NCBI GenBank assembly: GCA_045837725.1
Contig: JBEWZL010000095.1
Coordinates: forward strand, 62,001-126,000
Reading direction: 5' to 3'
Length of the DNA: 64,000 nucleotides
Origin: Vermamoeba vermiformis
Taxonomy: Eukaryota
Shown: one piece after another, positions 1 through 12,375 of the stretch
How positions within the stretch are numbered: position 1 is the stretch's first letter
How the letters are laid out: the number at the start of each line of letters is the position of its first letter
Position numbers and translations under genes: made by a program
Notes under the pieces: model-generated
Seen by the model: the letters and a program-made list of their open reading frames with translations, nothing else
Told to the model about the DNA's origin: nothing
Database searches by the model: none

Positions 1-2218
1 GAAAGTAACAGTAAAGATTAGAATAGAATACAGATTGAATAATAAGGCCTAGGCTACGTTTAATTTGGTCTTATTGAATTGCGCAACGAATTCGAATTGT
101 TTTTGAAAATCTTTGTACGATGAATAGAAACTTAAAATCTTATTGATTCTATTGCTATATAAGTGCAATGTTGTTAAACTGGTTCTTACCGAAGGAGGTA
201 GGTGAAGTTAATCGTTCCACGAGCTTATATAAGGTCGCGCAGTGGATCACTTTTGCGCCTTTTTCGGTGACAACTTCTCGAATGTTCGATGGACCATCTT
301 CTTCGGTCGGCCATGTAGCATTCTATACCGCTGTTAAATTGGAGCCATTCAAGACCAAGAGAAAGAAACACTTACCGAAGTTGGTGAATCTGGGCTGATC
401 GAGATACTTCCAAGACGTTCTAAAGCTTGCGCGGAGTTTGGATTAACATTTAATTTATACAATGCCGCCTTGCGTCCTATAGTTCATTATATTACGTTAA
501 TAAACAATTCACATTTTCAATCAGATCGAGGCAAAGACTACTTACGGCTCTGTCTGTAGCTTCTGTCGCTACTTTCAGTATATGACTCGTCATCGCTAAG
601 CTCGCGAGGACTTGAGATTGGTGAGCTGAGAGGGCTCGATGTTGGTGAGCGTGAAGGTGATCGGTTAGGTGATACTAAGGGCGAGCTCGAGGACGATTGA
701 GTGAGCTTAGGGACATTCGTGTTGTTGACCACTGTGTCGTTCTTCGTGAGGTCGCTACGAGATCTGTTCGAGGGTATGCCAGGGCGGTCGTTCTTTGTGC
801 GGGAAGGTTCGGATTTGTGTCCACGACCTAGCTGATCGCGCACTTTTGCAACTTTCTTTTCGTCGCTTTTTTCTTTGTATTGCAACACGCGCTTAATTTT
901 ATCATGATCGACGTTGCTCTTCTCGGTTGAGTTGGTCCTTATCGTTGCAAAATGAGTCACGATCCGCTTGAATAGCGCTTTAGTTCTGTTGCGCATATTA
1001 CGCTTTTGCGGGTGCTCTCCGACAAGGTCATCTCCACTCTCTTCGACGGCAGGTTGTTCTGTGTCGATAGAAGACCGTTGATCTGTTGTGTTTTGTTGCG
1101 TGTCATCGGAGGTCTGAAAGTGTCTTTGCGAAATCTGGATCGAGACATTTGGCCTCTCAACAGCGGCCTTAGTCGGCCTACTAGGACTCCAAGTTCCGAC
1201 CATTCTATGACAGCTAAGCCGACTTGATTCATCTCGGGGCCCGTCACGCAATTGTCGGGCTGCTTTGAGGAATTGTTGCGAAGGGATGTCACCCTCTTCT
1301 TTGCTGTGTCTGCGGCTCCTTTGAGCTTCTTCGTTATTTTCGGCTGGGTTTTTTATTAAGGTGCCGAGCTCGGGTGTGTCTGAATTTAATTTATTAATCA
1401 AGATTTTCTGCGGCTTAAAATATCTTTACCTCGATCTGACTCCTCAAGCCTGTGCATAAATTCTCCGATTGATTTCTTTATTTCATCTTCGGGTCGGGTA
1501 TCTTCCATAGTATCCTCCTTCGTTTGGCCAACGATAACTAACTCGTCCTGACACACAACAAATGTCAAAAACTGGTTCAAATGTGAAAGATTTCAATGGA
1601 AAAATCCAAAAATCTTTTTACCTTAACCCGCCTTAATTCTACACTAGCCATTGATATGACGTCGAGGTCGTGTGTAGATGTTAGGAATCGACCTAATAAG
1701 TGTAACTTGTGCATGCATTCCAATACAATGACTGTAACTTTGCGCTTCAAAATAGTGAGCGCAGTGTCCTGATCTGAAATGGATCGCAATCGGGAATGAG
1801 CTGATACACTTAACGATACATTATCCACGGGATAGTGTCGCAGCACCTAAATAATGCGTGTAAATACGAATGGCAGTTCCGATCAAAAAACAAGGATCGC
1901 GGTACAAACCCGAAAAGAAATTATCTCGCGGAATAAAATCAAAAAATGTTAATTTTAATATTTAAATATTCGATATGAATTATAATATAAAATATGTCTC
2001 TTCTCTTCTCTAAGTAAATCATAGCTTTGATCAAAAAAATCAGGAGTTACCTTTCTGATATTTAAAACTGTTAACAACTTGGATTCTATTATAGGCCATG
2101 TTTTAATATCTCTGAATGTGCGCACATCGCTCTCCAACGTCTTCAAGAACGTGATTATGTCAGTGATACTATTTTGTTGAATAACAAGGACTAGCTCTGT
2201 CTTTGCCTTCTCATCCAT
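1..2218 (-). CDS. RasGEF-like protein (REM/RasGEF_N motif), 5' part; continues off the left edge
   Basis: Hand-spliced exons 2218-2051, 1846-1622, 1547-1430, 1379-546, 476-376 and 322-190 join in phase via GT-AG introns. The last visible exon reads EDGPSNIREVVTEKGAKVIHCATLYKLVERLT, resembling the REM motif (IxxATLxKLVERLT). It follows a long Ser/Pro-rich region. Confidence 0.65.
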
Positions 2219-2451
2219 AGGAGGTGGATAATTATTTAACTGAGTGATATGGACCGCGTTAAATCTATAAATTGTCTCTTGTTGTGGATTCTAGGTCGAT
2301 CACTGAAAAAAGCACAATATCTTGGCGCAAAAAAGAGCAGCAGAATTTTTCCTGCGGTTTTACTACCCACTAACTTTGCATAACACCATACAAAGCATAA
2401 TAAACCAACTCCTAGTGGTTTCGGATCAACTGTTTAATTTGATCAAACCAG

Positions 2452-3831
2452 ATGTCATACGTCTTTCAATAAACTCGAGTATAATACTAAGCAAAGCGGC
2501 GCGATATTAAGTAAGTGGAAGACAGCCACGGTTTGTAGTTTTTGCCCTCAGTCGAGAAGTGATCTGGATTTTGGATCCGATCAGTGTTATACTGACCAAA
2601 ATTATGTTAAATATTACCTAAAATATTACAAAATATGTTTGATTATAACAGGCTCATTTACAGGGATGAAAAACTCTGTCAATGACCGGATTGGCCTACC
2701 ACGCAAAACAGCTGAGAAACTCTTGCGCGGCGATCTTGTTTCGCGCTTGAAACAGCATCAAAGTTGGCTTCCAACTTCAAGGCACGTGTACAACGCATTG
2801 ACAAGCTGGCCTGGGCTGATTGACGATGCAGCTGTTAAGCGGTCACTTTGGCTTGCTCTTTCTTATGCCGTACCGAAGATGTTAAAGGAAAATTCAAAGC
2901 ACAATGTAGAAGAAGGCATATCAAATACTGCAGATATCAGCACAATAATACAAGCCGCTTGGGGTCGGATCTTGAGCCTCGCCATAGACACCAATCACGT
3001 GCTCACTGGACCTCAAGTAAGTACTGCTGATACGATACTATACGGTATCTAATATATTAATAGAAACATAAAGCGGCGATGTGGATGCAAGAGTGGCGGA
3101 GTAAAGCATTGCCAGTTACTCTGCCTGAATTTGACTTGCCGCAATGGCCGAGCGACATCCGCGTCACCACAACTCAAGCGACGAGTAGAGGGTACTGCGA
3201 CAAATGTAACAGACGCGCGATGTGGTGCATAGAGTGCAAGAAAGATCTTCGAATGATGCACGGCAAGCCTGCCACTGACTTACCAACCGTTCGACTGCCG
3301 ATGGATCTTACTGTCGTGTTTCATGAACGCGCTCATCCTTCGAGCTGTACTGCACCACAACTCGTCGTATTATGTTCGCAAAACGACATTGATCTCATTC
3401 AATGGCCCACTACACGTGACTGGCCCGCTGATGGATCTGTTTGGCTGTTATGGCCAGATCAAGACGCTAGATCTATCGAAGAGATCAACGAAGACGATAT
3501 TTCTCGTGTGAAGGAGATTGTAGTACTCGAAGGCACGTGGCCACAAGCAGAGACCATGGCTAATTCACCGTCAATGAAGAACTTGCCTCGTGTCAAACTG
3601 TCGTCGATCAGCTCCATGTTCTGGAAGTTCTCCTCACGTGACTCGAGCTGTGTATCAACACTAGAGGCCATATACAACTTCTTCGTACAAGCTGACAAGA
3701 AGAAACACGAGCACAAATACGACGATCTGTTGTTCTACTTTAAGATCGGCTTCGATCGTACTATGGCGTATTATCAATCCAATCCTGCCTTGCTACCACC
3801 GCTGAACTGGGAGATGGCTGGTGATGATTGA
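2452..3831 (+). CDS. DTWD1: DTW-domain tRNA-uridine aminocarboxypropyltransferase (DTWD1-like) with N-terminal extension; 5' end uncertain
   Basis: Motifs CDKC..WCIEC, WLLWP, VVLEGTWPQA (DXTW), MFWK, STLEAIY and YDDLLFYF. ORF 2639-3052 splices in phase (GPQ|gtaagt...taatag|KHKAAMW) to ORF 3079-3831. Confidence 0.8.
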
Positions 3832-4606
3832 AGTTACTCTGCTGCCTCAATCTTAGCTGCGATCTTGATCCAATCCAACATCCGCGACTCTAGTTAATGG
3901 TTTTGCAAGCTACACAGCGATATTCCAGCAAGCTCAATGAATATCGCACTGTGAGTCGTTTGGAACGGCTAGAATGGCAGTTAGTTACAAGCCCAAAATG
4001 TTGGCACCACGCTGTACACGGTTGTCGGCTGGTTTCTTTCCAACGTTATTTCGGACAGCCGTCTTTATCGCTCGATTCCCCGATTTGAATACATTTTATG
4101 GCGCCTCCTCAGTACGTACGCTCCGAAAACCAAAATCATGAACTCTCGTACCGTACCAGCTGATGCCGCTCGCTGATCTACGATTTGAGCAGTCATGTTG
4201 CATCGGATACATAAAATTACTGATTATAGAATAACAACGAGCTATCGGAGTTTGGGATGGATTTTAGTTGGTCCTTTTAGGATTACTCCAGCCCATCTCG
4301 CAAAACCTCCCTGGAACTACTCCATTGTAATATGATAAGCTTCGAATGCATAAATAATGATTACCAACAATACACTTTTAGTAATGGTTACATGAAGCCT
4401 TTGTTAATTAAATAGAGTTCCATAAAACACGTGCCAAGGCGCGAAAATTCGCTTCGATAAAAAAAAGGAGTTAAAGAACCGGTCAATATTATAAAACGCA
4501 CCGAGCACATTACCACACGTCACCAATTATTTATCTACGTGATCACCTGTGATGCTGCACTAATTACTCAATCTGATCAGCAATTCCATTTATTTGATTA
4601 ATTTCA

Positions 4607-7175
4607 ATGCAACAAGCTCCGAAAGTCTCGCAACTCATTGGTTTCTTCAACTCGAAGAGTACTGCCAACGTTAATGTGCCGGTCAGAGTTATCAAGCGGC
4701 CAGCGAATATTCACACCAAGCAGATCTCGCAAGGCGCGACGCCAAGCAAAATGTAAGTAATTATTAATATCAATATTATAGGGGCATGATACGGACGATT
4801 TGATTTCAAATACCGTTTTGATTTATTTAAAAGATCAATCGTTCGTAACAGTCGCGTTAATTAATCATCGATCTCGAAGTATACTCGCGCAAATTTTCAT
4901 TATTTTTCTTGCTCTATTACTTCTGGGCGGATCACGCGAAGCTCCGGTCCGTATTATGAAATTTCAAAAGCACTATTTCGAGCGAAACGGATCTTGCCGT
5001 TTTGGCCTCTTTACGCGCGAATATTATAATACATCTTCATTAACATCGTAAATCCCTTAATTATTTGATTAACATGCAATTACAACGGCTAATAACCCCA
5101 AAAATACACCTGTCACGCATGTTACGCGAAGTCGCGAAAACGGATTCGCAGTATTGTCCTTATTTAAAGCTTAAAACTGATCATTTTATATTTAGTGCGC
5201 AATCTTCGCCGCAACTGATCGTCAAACAAGCCCCTAGAAAGACTCTTTTGTCCTCCGTTACCTCATCGTCCCGCACTTCGCTCACGTCCTCCGACAGTTC
5301 ACCAAAATTAACTGTGATCGTTGCTCCGCCTCCCCGAGACCTATTTTCGCTGCCCAATGAACTCTTATTGCAAATATGTTCATTTCTAACGCTGCAAGAC
5401 CTCTGTGGCGTGAGCTTGGTACGAAATTTGGTATTTGTCATGATTGAATGCTAATCGTTACAATTACAGACGAACAAGGCGCTCAATGGACTTAGCAGGT
5501 AATATACATTACATCGCGTTGAGTATACTCGGAACAATATAATTTACTGAGTATATTCAAGCTTTTTATTGATGTTGCTCGTACTGACAGTTACATTTGG
5601 TTAGCACTGGACAGCTGTGGTTGCAGTTCTTCAAGGCAGACTTTGAAGCAAATACATTCGTATTCTACAGCGATGCTAATAAGTACAAAAATGCGGCGTG
5701 GCGGAGTAAGTTTATTTATTTTTATTTTGTGCCCCTGATCTACGGAGAAATGAGAGGAAGAATTCTAATTAAGATCTGTTTTAGCATTCTATAATAGTAT
5801 GAAGACTTTATGGACACGAATGCGAATGTTTTACATACGAAGCAAACGTGACATGTTTGTTACGGATCAGAAGGGCGAGATGATCAAACTTCAACCGTCT
5901 TCAGCACTCAGAGAGACCAATCATACACTCAGCCTCGATAGTAAAGCTAATTGGTATGCATAATTGTGAATTAATAGTGTTACAACAAAGTCACAAAAAG
6001 AGATTTTTTTTTAATCTCGTGATCCGTGCTTGCAAAGTACTTAAATTATTTATGAACAGCTATGGCTACTTCTTCCATTGGAACATCGAGAAGAAGCTTG
6101 GCAATATAACAAAATGGGGCTTAGGTGAGTTATAATTAGCCTTAAAAATCTCTGCAAACATGTTGACACTTGGATCATGCGCAGATTTTGTCGAACAAAA
6201 ATCGAAGCCGAGCTATTATGTCTTCGTGTGGCGCGAGAATGTCTGCGAGAAGCTGTTCGAAGAGCCAAAGATCATGCTTGTCTCGCCGAAACAAAGTCGA
6301 TTGTTGGCATATTCACCGCAAGAAGGCTGGTACGTCATCAACACTAAAAAGATGGCGCGAACAAACTTGCCGGTACGTAAATAGTATTATATAGTGTCTA
6401 TAATACACGTTATAACATTATTATAGCACGTTCCTGCCACCGCTGAAGACGGCGTGTGTTGGATCGACGAGCGAAGGATCGCGTTTACGAGTCTGGCGGA
6501 GGTCAATACCGCTGTATTCATATACAACATCTCTACAATGGTCGTCGAGAAGCATATTATAGACGATGGTCGCGAGATCATATCGCACGGTGAGTAGAAT
6601 TGGTTTCGATATTGCCTAAAATAGAAGAATTTCGATTAACTAATGCGTGCCTCCAGAGTATATGTGCACCTGCCCGAACTCGCAAGAGCTCGTAGTGATG
6701 ACCAAGGACGGTCTTATGATGCTCGACTTGCGCACAGATAAATGGACGCGACTCAACTCGGCACCTGCATCTCTGCAAGCCCCACTCTCGTTCTCTCCAG
6801 ACGGCTCTAAAATTGCATACATCGCTAAGGTACGTAGCAATGTATTAAATGACACCGATCAAACCGATTTTTAAAACTTTTCAAATCCAGCGGATCGACG
6901 AAGCCAACAACCTGATTTTCATCTACGACACTAAGAAGAATAAGGAGTTTGTGCTCAATCAATTCAAAGGCACGAAGAAGTTGCTTGGATGGCACAGCAA
7001 CAACTCATTTTTTGTCGAATCTACTTCGACCTATGTAACTTACTCGCTCATGTTTGTTGATACCAACGTTGAGCTCGCGGATAATGAGCCGTTCTACTTC
7101 AGCAACATCGTCAATAAGAACACGAAGATCAAATCGATGCAGCTGGGAACGGTGAAGGTAGAAATTGTAGTTTAG
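4607..7175 (+). CDS. F-box protein with C-terminal beta-propeller-like region (multi-exon)
   Basis: F-box motif LFSLPNELLLQICSFLTLQDLCGVS near 5341-5418. TolB/WD-like LSFSPDGSKIAYIA. ATG at 4607, first donor gtaagt near 4753. Confidence 0.75.
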
Positions 7176-7808
7176 TTAGATTAACGAAGCGGCATCCAAA
7201 ACAATTTTGTCGAATTGTAAATATAAACCTAGTTTTGGATGTTTTAACGATGTCGGGCAGCGGTGTGTCGAGATATTTTAAAAAAATGGGCGGGAATGGC
7301 CACAACGGTTAGTTTTGAATTTGCCAGCCAAATTTTTTTGAAGATCAAAACTGACGGTCAAATCAGTCAAAATCATTTTGTGCGCTAGAAGCAACACACT
7401 TAGCGCTAAGTTTTATATACTTATTGCTCATGCAGGCGGCGGTCTATTAATCCCTCGATTAAACCCAGCAAACACGTCAGTCAGATTGACAAAAAAACAA
7501 AATTAAAATTGAAGAAGTCAAATTAAATATTATATCAAGGTAAATATCCGTAATTAATATGCAAATGTTAATTAAAATGAAGCATATTTTACACTCGGAA
7601 TTTTCGAATACATTTCTTGGAAGTAGAAGATCCGACGACACCTTCTATCAACTTTGAACAAAAATATTAAATAACAATATAGAGAATAATAAAGAATAAT
7701 AATCAAAGCGTTTGACCGCTCCGAATATAACAGATTCGTTAGTGGATCCAAATCCTTTTCACTTGCCATATTCCAAATATTCTGTTTTATTCTAATATTC
7801 TAATTTAG

Positions 7809-8640
7809 ATGGACATTGATTGGGGAGACTCCGAGCCATATCACATATCAACTTGCGATGGATCTATGGCGCATCAGAACCATTTCTCGAATCAGCAGCA
7901 AAGTTTCTTTTCGAGTGAACCGCAGTTTGAAGATGCTATGAGCGATTCAAATAATTACTTTCTATCGAGTAATGATAATAATAATGGCACATTTGAACGG
8001 AGAGGGTTGAAACGAAAAGCTTCGTTTGCGGATTTAGGGTAAGTGTCTTTCCAGCCGTTCAAGTACAATATTATTACCCCAATAATATAACATAAATAAT
8101 AATCGTAGAATAATTAATACGAATGATAATATTTAAATCAATTTAATAATCGTAATCTTTTGAAAGGGATCCCGCAGCCGCGCTATCATTTGTGAACAAG
8201 CGAATGAAGCGCTTAAAATTGCCCACGTGCGACAATCAGTTCTCCATGCAGATACGCGTCAAAACACTCGTTGGTCGTGCAATCAATCTGCGAGTAGAGC
8301 CTGCTGATACTGTAGCCAATTTGAAAGAAAAATTGCAAGCTATTGCTGGTACGCACATATTACTTAATAATACCGTAATATACATTACTTTGGCGATCAA
8401 ATTTGATTCTCTTATTTCCTGGAAGAATTAATCAGATCCAATTCTCCTCGAGGGCAATTTCGTTTCATGGTGGTCTGTGGCATATATTAACATAAAAAAT
8501 TAACTATAGGAGTACCGCATGATCATCAGCGACTAATATTCAACGGAAAGACACTGCCTGACGATCGAATTGTAACGCAAGTAGTCAATCTGCGAGACGG
8601 TGCACTCATTCACATGGTGCTGTCAATGTCTGGCGGATAA
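7809..8640 (+). CDS. Ubiquitin-like protein (180 aa) with about 100-aa N-terminal extension and C-terminal diglycine
   Basis: Exons 7809-8038, 8167-8348 and 8510-8640. Ubl domain [50 protein letters not shown]...HMVLSMSGG*. Confidence 0.85.
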
Positions 8641-8951
8641 TCATATCAAATACTAAGTAACTTCATTGGCGGAGTTAATTCAACGCCAGGATCCACCTTG
8701 TAATTATTTTGTTTTGGCGTATTGATCTCGTACGAAGATCTGATTTAGTACTCAAGTCAAGGTCTTAGTTGAGATTAATACATTTTTTGACTCGATATTG
8801 TCCTCGAGTCTGTTTAAATTTTTTTCTTGTACAAATAACTTTATGCGAACTTTGTGAATAAAACTCATTTCAATCAAGATCCAGCGTGTTATTTCTTACA
8901 AAAGGTTTATCAACAGTATTACTACAACATATTTACAAGACAAATCAAAAT

Positions 8952-10392
8952 TTAAAAGCATTTTCTATGTACTATAACCGGTCCGCTTTCGTCGTATTCT
9001 TCTTTCGCGATCCATTTATCTTGAAAGGTCGACAAAGACGATAAAATAGAGCCGCCGATCCACGTCGAATATTTTCTTTCAGGAGGTGCGTCTATTTTGA
9101 TCTTAGTACCGTGTGGCGCGAGAACTTGAAGTTCTTTGTGCAATCGTTCAGCGAACCCTGGAAACATTGTATTTCCGCCCGACAACATAATGTTCTGCCA
9201 CAATTCTTTGCGCAGATCAATGTCTGACTTCATAATGGCGTTGTACACCATTTCGTGCACGCCAAAACTCTCTCGGCCCAAGAACGATGGTTGAAACATT
9301 ACTTCTGCGCATCGAAACCTTTCGTTACCTGTTATTCCGTTAGAATTTTCCTTTTATAGTAAATGCGATCACGTGGGACTTACCAAGACATACAGTTTGA
9401 CCGTCAGGAAGTTCGTAGCATTTTTCTTGTTGCACGAGACAACTGGCCGACATCATCTCCAGTTCAAAGTCCAGTGCGACGTAGCCCAACTTCTCTTTGA
9501 TGTCGCGGACTATTTCGCGCTCTGCTGTCGTTTTGAAGGAATAACTGTAATCCTATTGTTAGTGGCAATACTTATGACAAAGTAATATGCCTTAACTTAC
9601 CCTCGTTCAGAGAGCACTCGCATGAGATACTCGGTGATGTCTCGTCCTGCCAAGTCCATTCGCAGAACTGCATGGGGTATAATAAAACCTTCGTAGATTG
9701 GCACTGCATTTGTCACACCATCACCTAATCATGCAAGTGCATTAGTCATACGTCCTTATAACCCAACGTCGTATAGTGGTTACCTGACTCGACTACAATG
9801 CCTGTCGTACGCCCGTTAGCGTAGAGTGACAGCACAGGTGAGACAGCGAGGTAACAAGCCGGCACATTGAATGTTTCGAACATGATTTGTACAATCTTTT
9901 CACGATTAGCTTTGGGATTGAGTGGTGCTTCAGTCAACAGCACTGGATGTTCTTCTGGCGCGGTACGCAGTTCGTTGTAGAACATGTGATGCCACAGCTT
10001 CTCCATGTCATCCCAGTTCATGACCACACCTAATATAACTAATTAGTTTACGATCCATTAGTAGCCGACACTTACCATTTTGTATAGGGTACTTCATATT
10101 AAAAATGCCTCTATGAGATTGTGCTTCGTCCCCAATATCTAGCAGATCGATTTAAATCGGAGGGTATTGTAAAAATGCATTTGGGTATTTAGAAATGTTA
10201 CTCGCGACGTTTTGTGGGTCAATAAATCCGCTTACATGTGTCTTTTGCTCCCATGCCTACCATCACACCTACTTCTCGAGGTCGGCCAACAACCGCTGGA
10301 AATACAGCGCGTGGGGCATCGTCGCCACCAAATCCGCCTTTCAGCATTCCTGAGCCGTTATCTATCACCAGCGCTTGAACCTCGTCGGTCAT
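8952..10392 (-). CDS. act: Divergent actin / actin-like protein (6 exons)
   Basis: Actin signatures [50 protein letters not shown] and VHRKCF. Five GT-AG introns join in phase. Confidence 0.95.
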
Positions 10393-10589
10393 TTTGTGCA
10401 AAACTACTTATTAACAAATAATAATTGCCAAAACTCGGCATTTTAAACCCATGAAAAAAAAAAAGCAACAAGAAAACGTGTCTTCAGCTCTCGGTTTTTG
10501 TTCCGTTTTTTTTCACTTGCTTCCTGCTATGGGTTTTCTGAATAAAAAAATGAAATATACCCAAATGCATTTTTACAATACCCTCCGAT
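10156..10589. repeat. Perfect 33-bp inverted repeat (arms 10156-10188 and 10557-10589)
   Basis: atcggagggtattgtaaaaatgcatttgggtat is the exact reverse complement of atacccaaatgcatttttacaataccctccgat. Confidence 0.9.
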
Positions 10590-11437
10590 AACCAAGCACC
10601 ATGAGTGAATTGTTTGAAAATACTAGAAAAATCAAAAAATTCATTTTTCGAAACCTGCTAGATAGGCAGTTCCACAAAGCGAGTTTCAACTAGTTAAAAA
10701 TTCCTGATAATTATTGTTAAACAGAAGGATCGAACCGAGTACTAAAGATCCAAAAAGTATGTTGGGAGCACGGCTGCGTTCCAAAAAGGATCCATCAGCC
10801 TTCTGAATATCGATTTTATTATTATTATGGTCGATACAATTATTCATTCTACCGCTGCATGTTGTTGGCGTGCACGCCAAATAATGATTCATTAACCCTT
10901 TCGTGCCGGGAAAGTGATGACACAAAATCTAAACGCACGGCGCACAGCCCCACGTACAAATTTTCACGTGAAGATAAAGCTGTGCATAGATTTCATTTTA
11001 TACTTTTATCCTATGCTAGTAATTTTGAAAAAAATGAAGAAAAAAAATTTTGGTTCATCTCAATCTTCGATCAGATCGGAATTGGAGCATGAAAAATACT
11101 ACCAAATTTACAAAAAATAATGGCATGGGGCATACAATAATATATTAAATCGCCCAAGCAAACAGTAACTTGCTAAGCAAGATCCGGTAAAATTCTATTT
11201 TTGGGTGGTACAACGGATCGAAGGCGAATTAAACCTTCGGACCAATGCCACGCGATGAAAAAAATGCTAAAGAAAATAATGGCATCGAGGAGAAGCCTCA
11301 AGGCCGCTATGTTGTTCGTTAAAAGATTGATTATTCGAAAATTTCTGTCATTAATTTGATTGGTCTCTTGATAAAAAATGACGCTCGGAATGGCCTCCGT
11401 CAATTCTGCATTGTTTTGTTCGCATAAAACCACACAT

Positions 11438-12235
11438 ATGGCAGTTCAAGCCCAATGCGCATTGACTGAGTATGATTATCTCTTTAAGGTAAGCTCGGCT
11501 TTCGTACTTCCTCACGCATCTGATTTGTTCGTTTAGATTTTGCTTAAAGGAGATAATGGAGTAGGAAAATCGAGTTTTTCTACGAGGTACATTGACGGCA
11601 CATTCTCAGATAATTTTGTCTCCTCTCTGGGCCTTGATTTTGTAAGCGATCCAAATTTAATTTATTTGAAAATTGAGTTAATATAATTATCAATGTAGAG
11701 ACTACGAACGATCGAATCACCTGATTTTGGAAGGGTCAAAATTCAGCTATGGGACCCTGCAGGGCAAGAACGGTAGGCTTTACTTTTTAAGCGTCTCCAG
11801 CGACAGCTCAATTTAATCTTAAGACACAGATATCGCGCAATAGCGAATGCTTATTATCGTGGTGCTCATGGCATATTGGTATTGTTCGACTGCACAGATC
11901 GGGACTGGTCTTTCAAGCATGTCACGCATTATTTCGACGAGATCGACAATTTCGCTTCTCCAAATGTCCAAAAAATATTAGTGGCTACTAAGACAGACCG
12001 CGCCGATCGACAAGTTACTTATCATGAAGCAAAAAATTTAGCGGATCGATTGGGCGTTCCGTACATTGAAACTAGCTCCAAGGACGACTATAATGTTAAT
12101 GAGGCGATGGATATGATCATTCATAATATAGGACAGAACTTCAAGCAGGATTTATACTCTGCAAAACCTTTTACATCGACATTGCCGCCACCAGATCGAG
12201 CTGGTTTGAAATTTCCTCGTTGTAGCATAATGTAA
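11438..12235 (+). CDS. Rab-family small GTPase (Rab1/Rab8-like), CaaX end CSIM
   Basis: Spliced sequence: YDYLFKILLKGDNGVGKS ... SLGLDF ... WDPAGQERYR ... YYRGAHG ... ATKTD ... YIETSSK; 4 exons. Confidence 0.9.
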
Positions 12236-12375
12236 ATAATTAAATCCATCGCATGAATTATTTGATAAGATTATTAAAATTAGAGTTTGATAGAAATAAT
12301 TAACTTGGTGTACCCGGATCTGATCCTCGTAAAGACTTTTTCAAAACATGAGAGAATGCTAAAGTAAGATTATAT

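Noticed and set aside
538-3831. Overlapping short ORFs suggesting a viral or prokaryotic insert
   Set aside because: They join in phase through canonical GT-AG introns into ordinary eukaryotic genes.
3840-4600. Possible small gene or hairpin RNA between the DTW and F-box genes
   Set aside because: Splice-like signals exist but give no coherent frame, and the hairpin near 4247-4310 is weak and imperfect.
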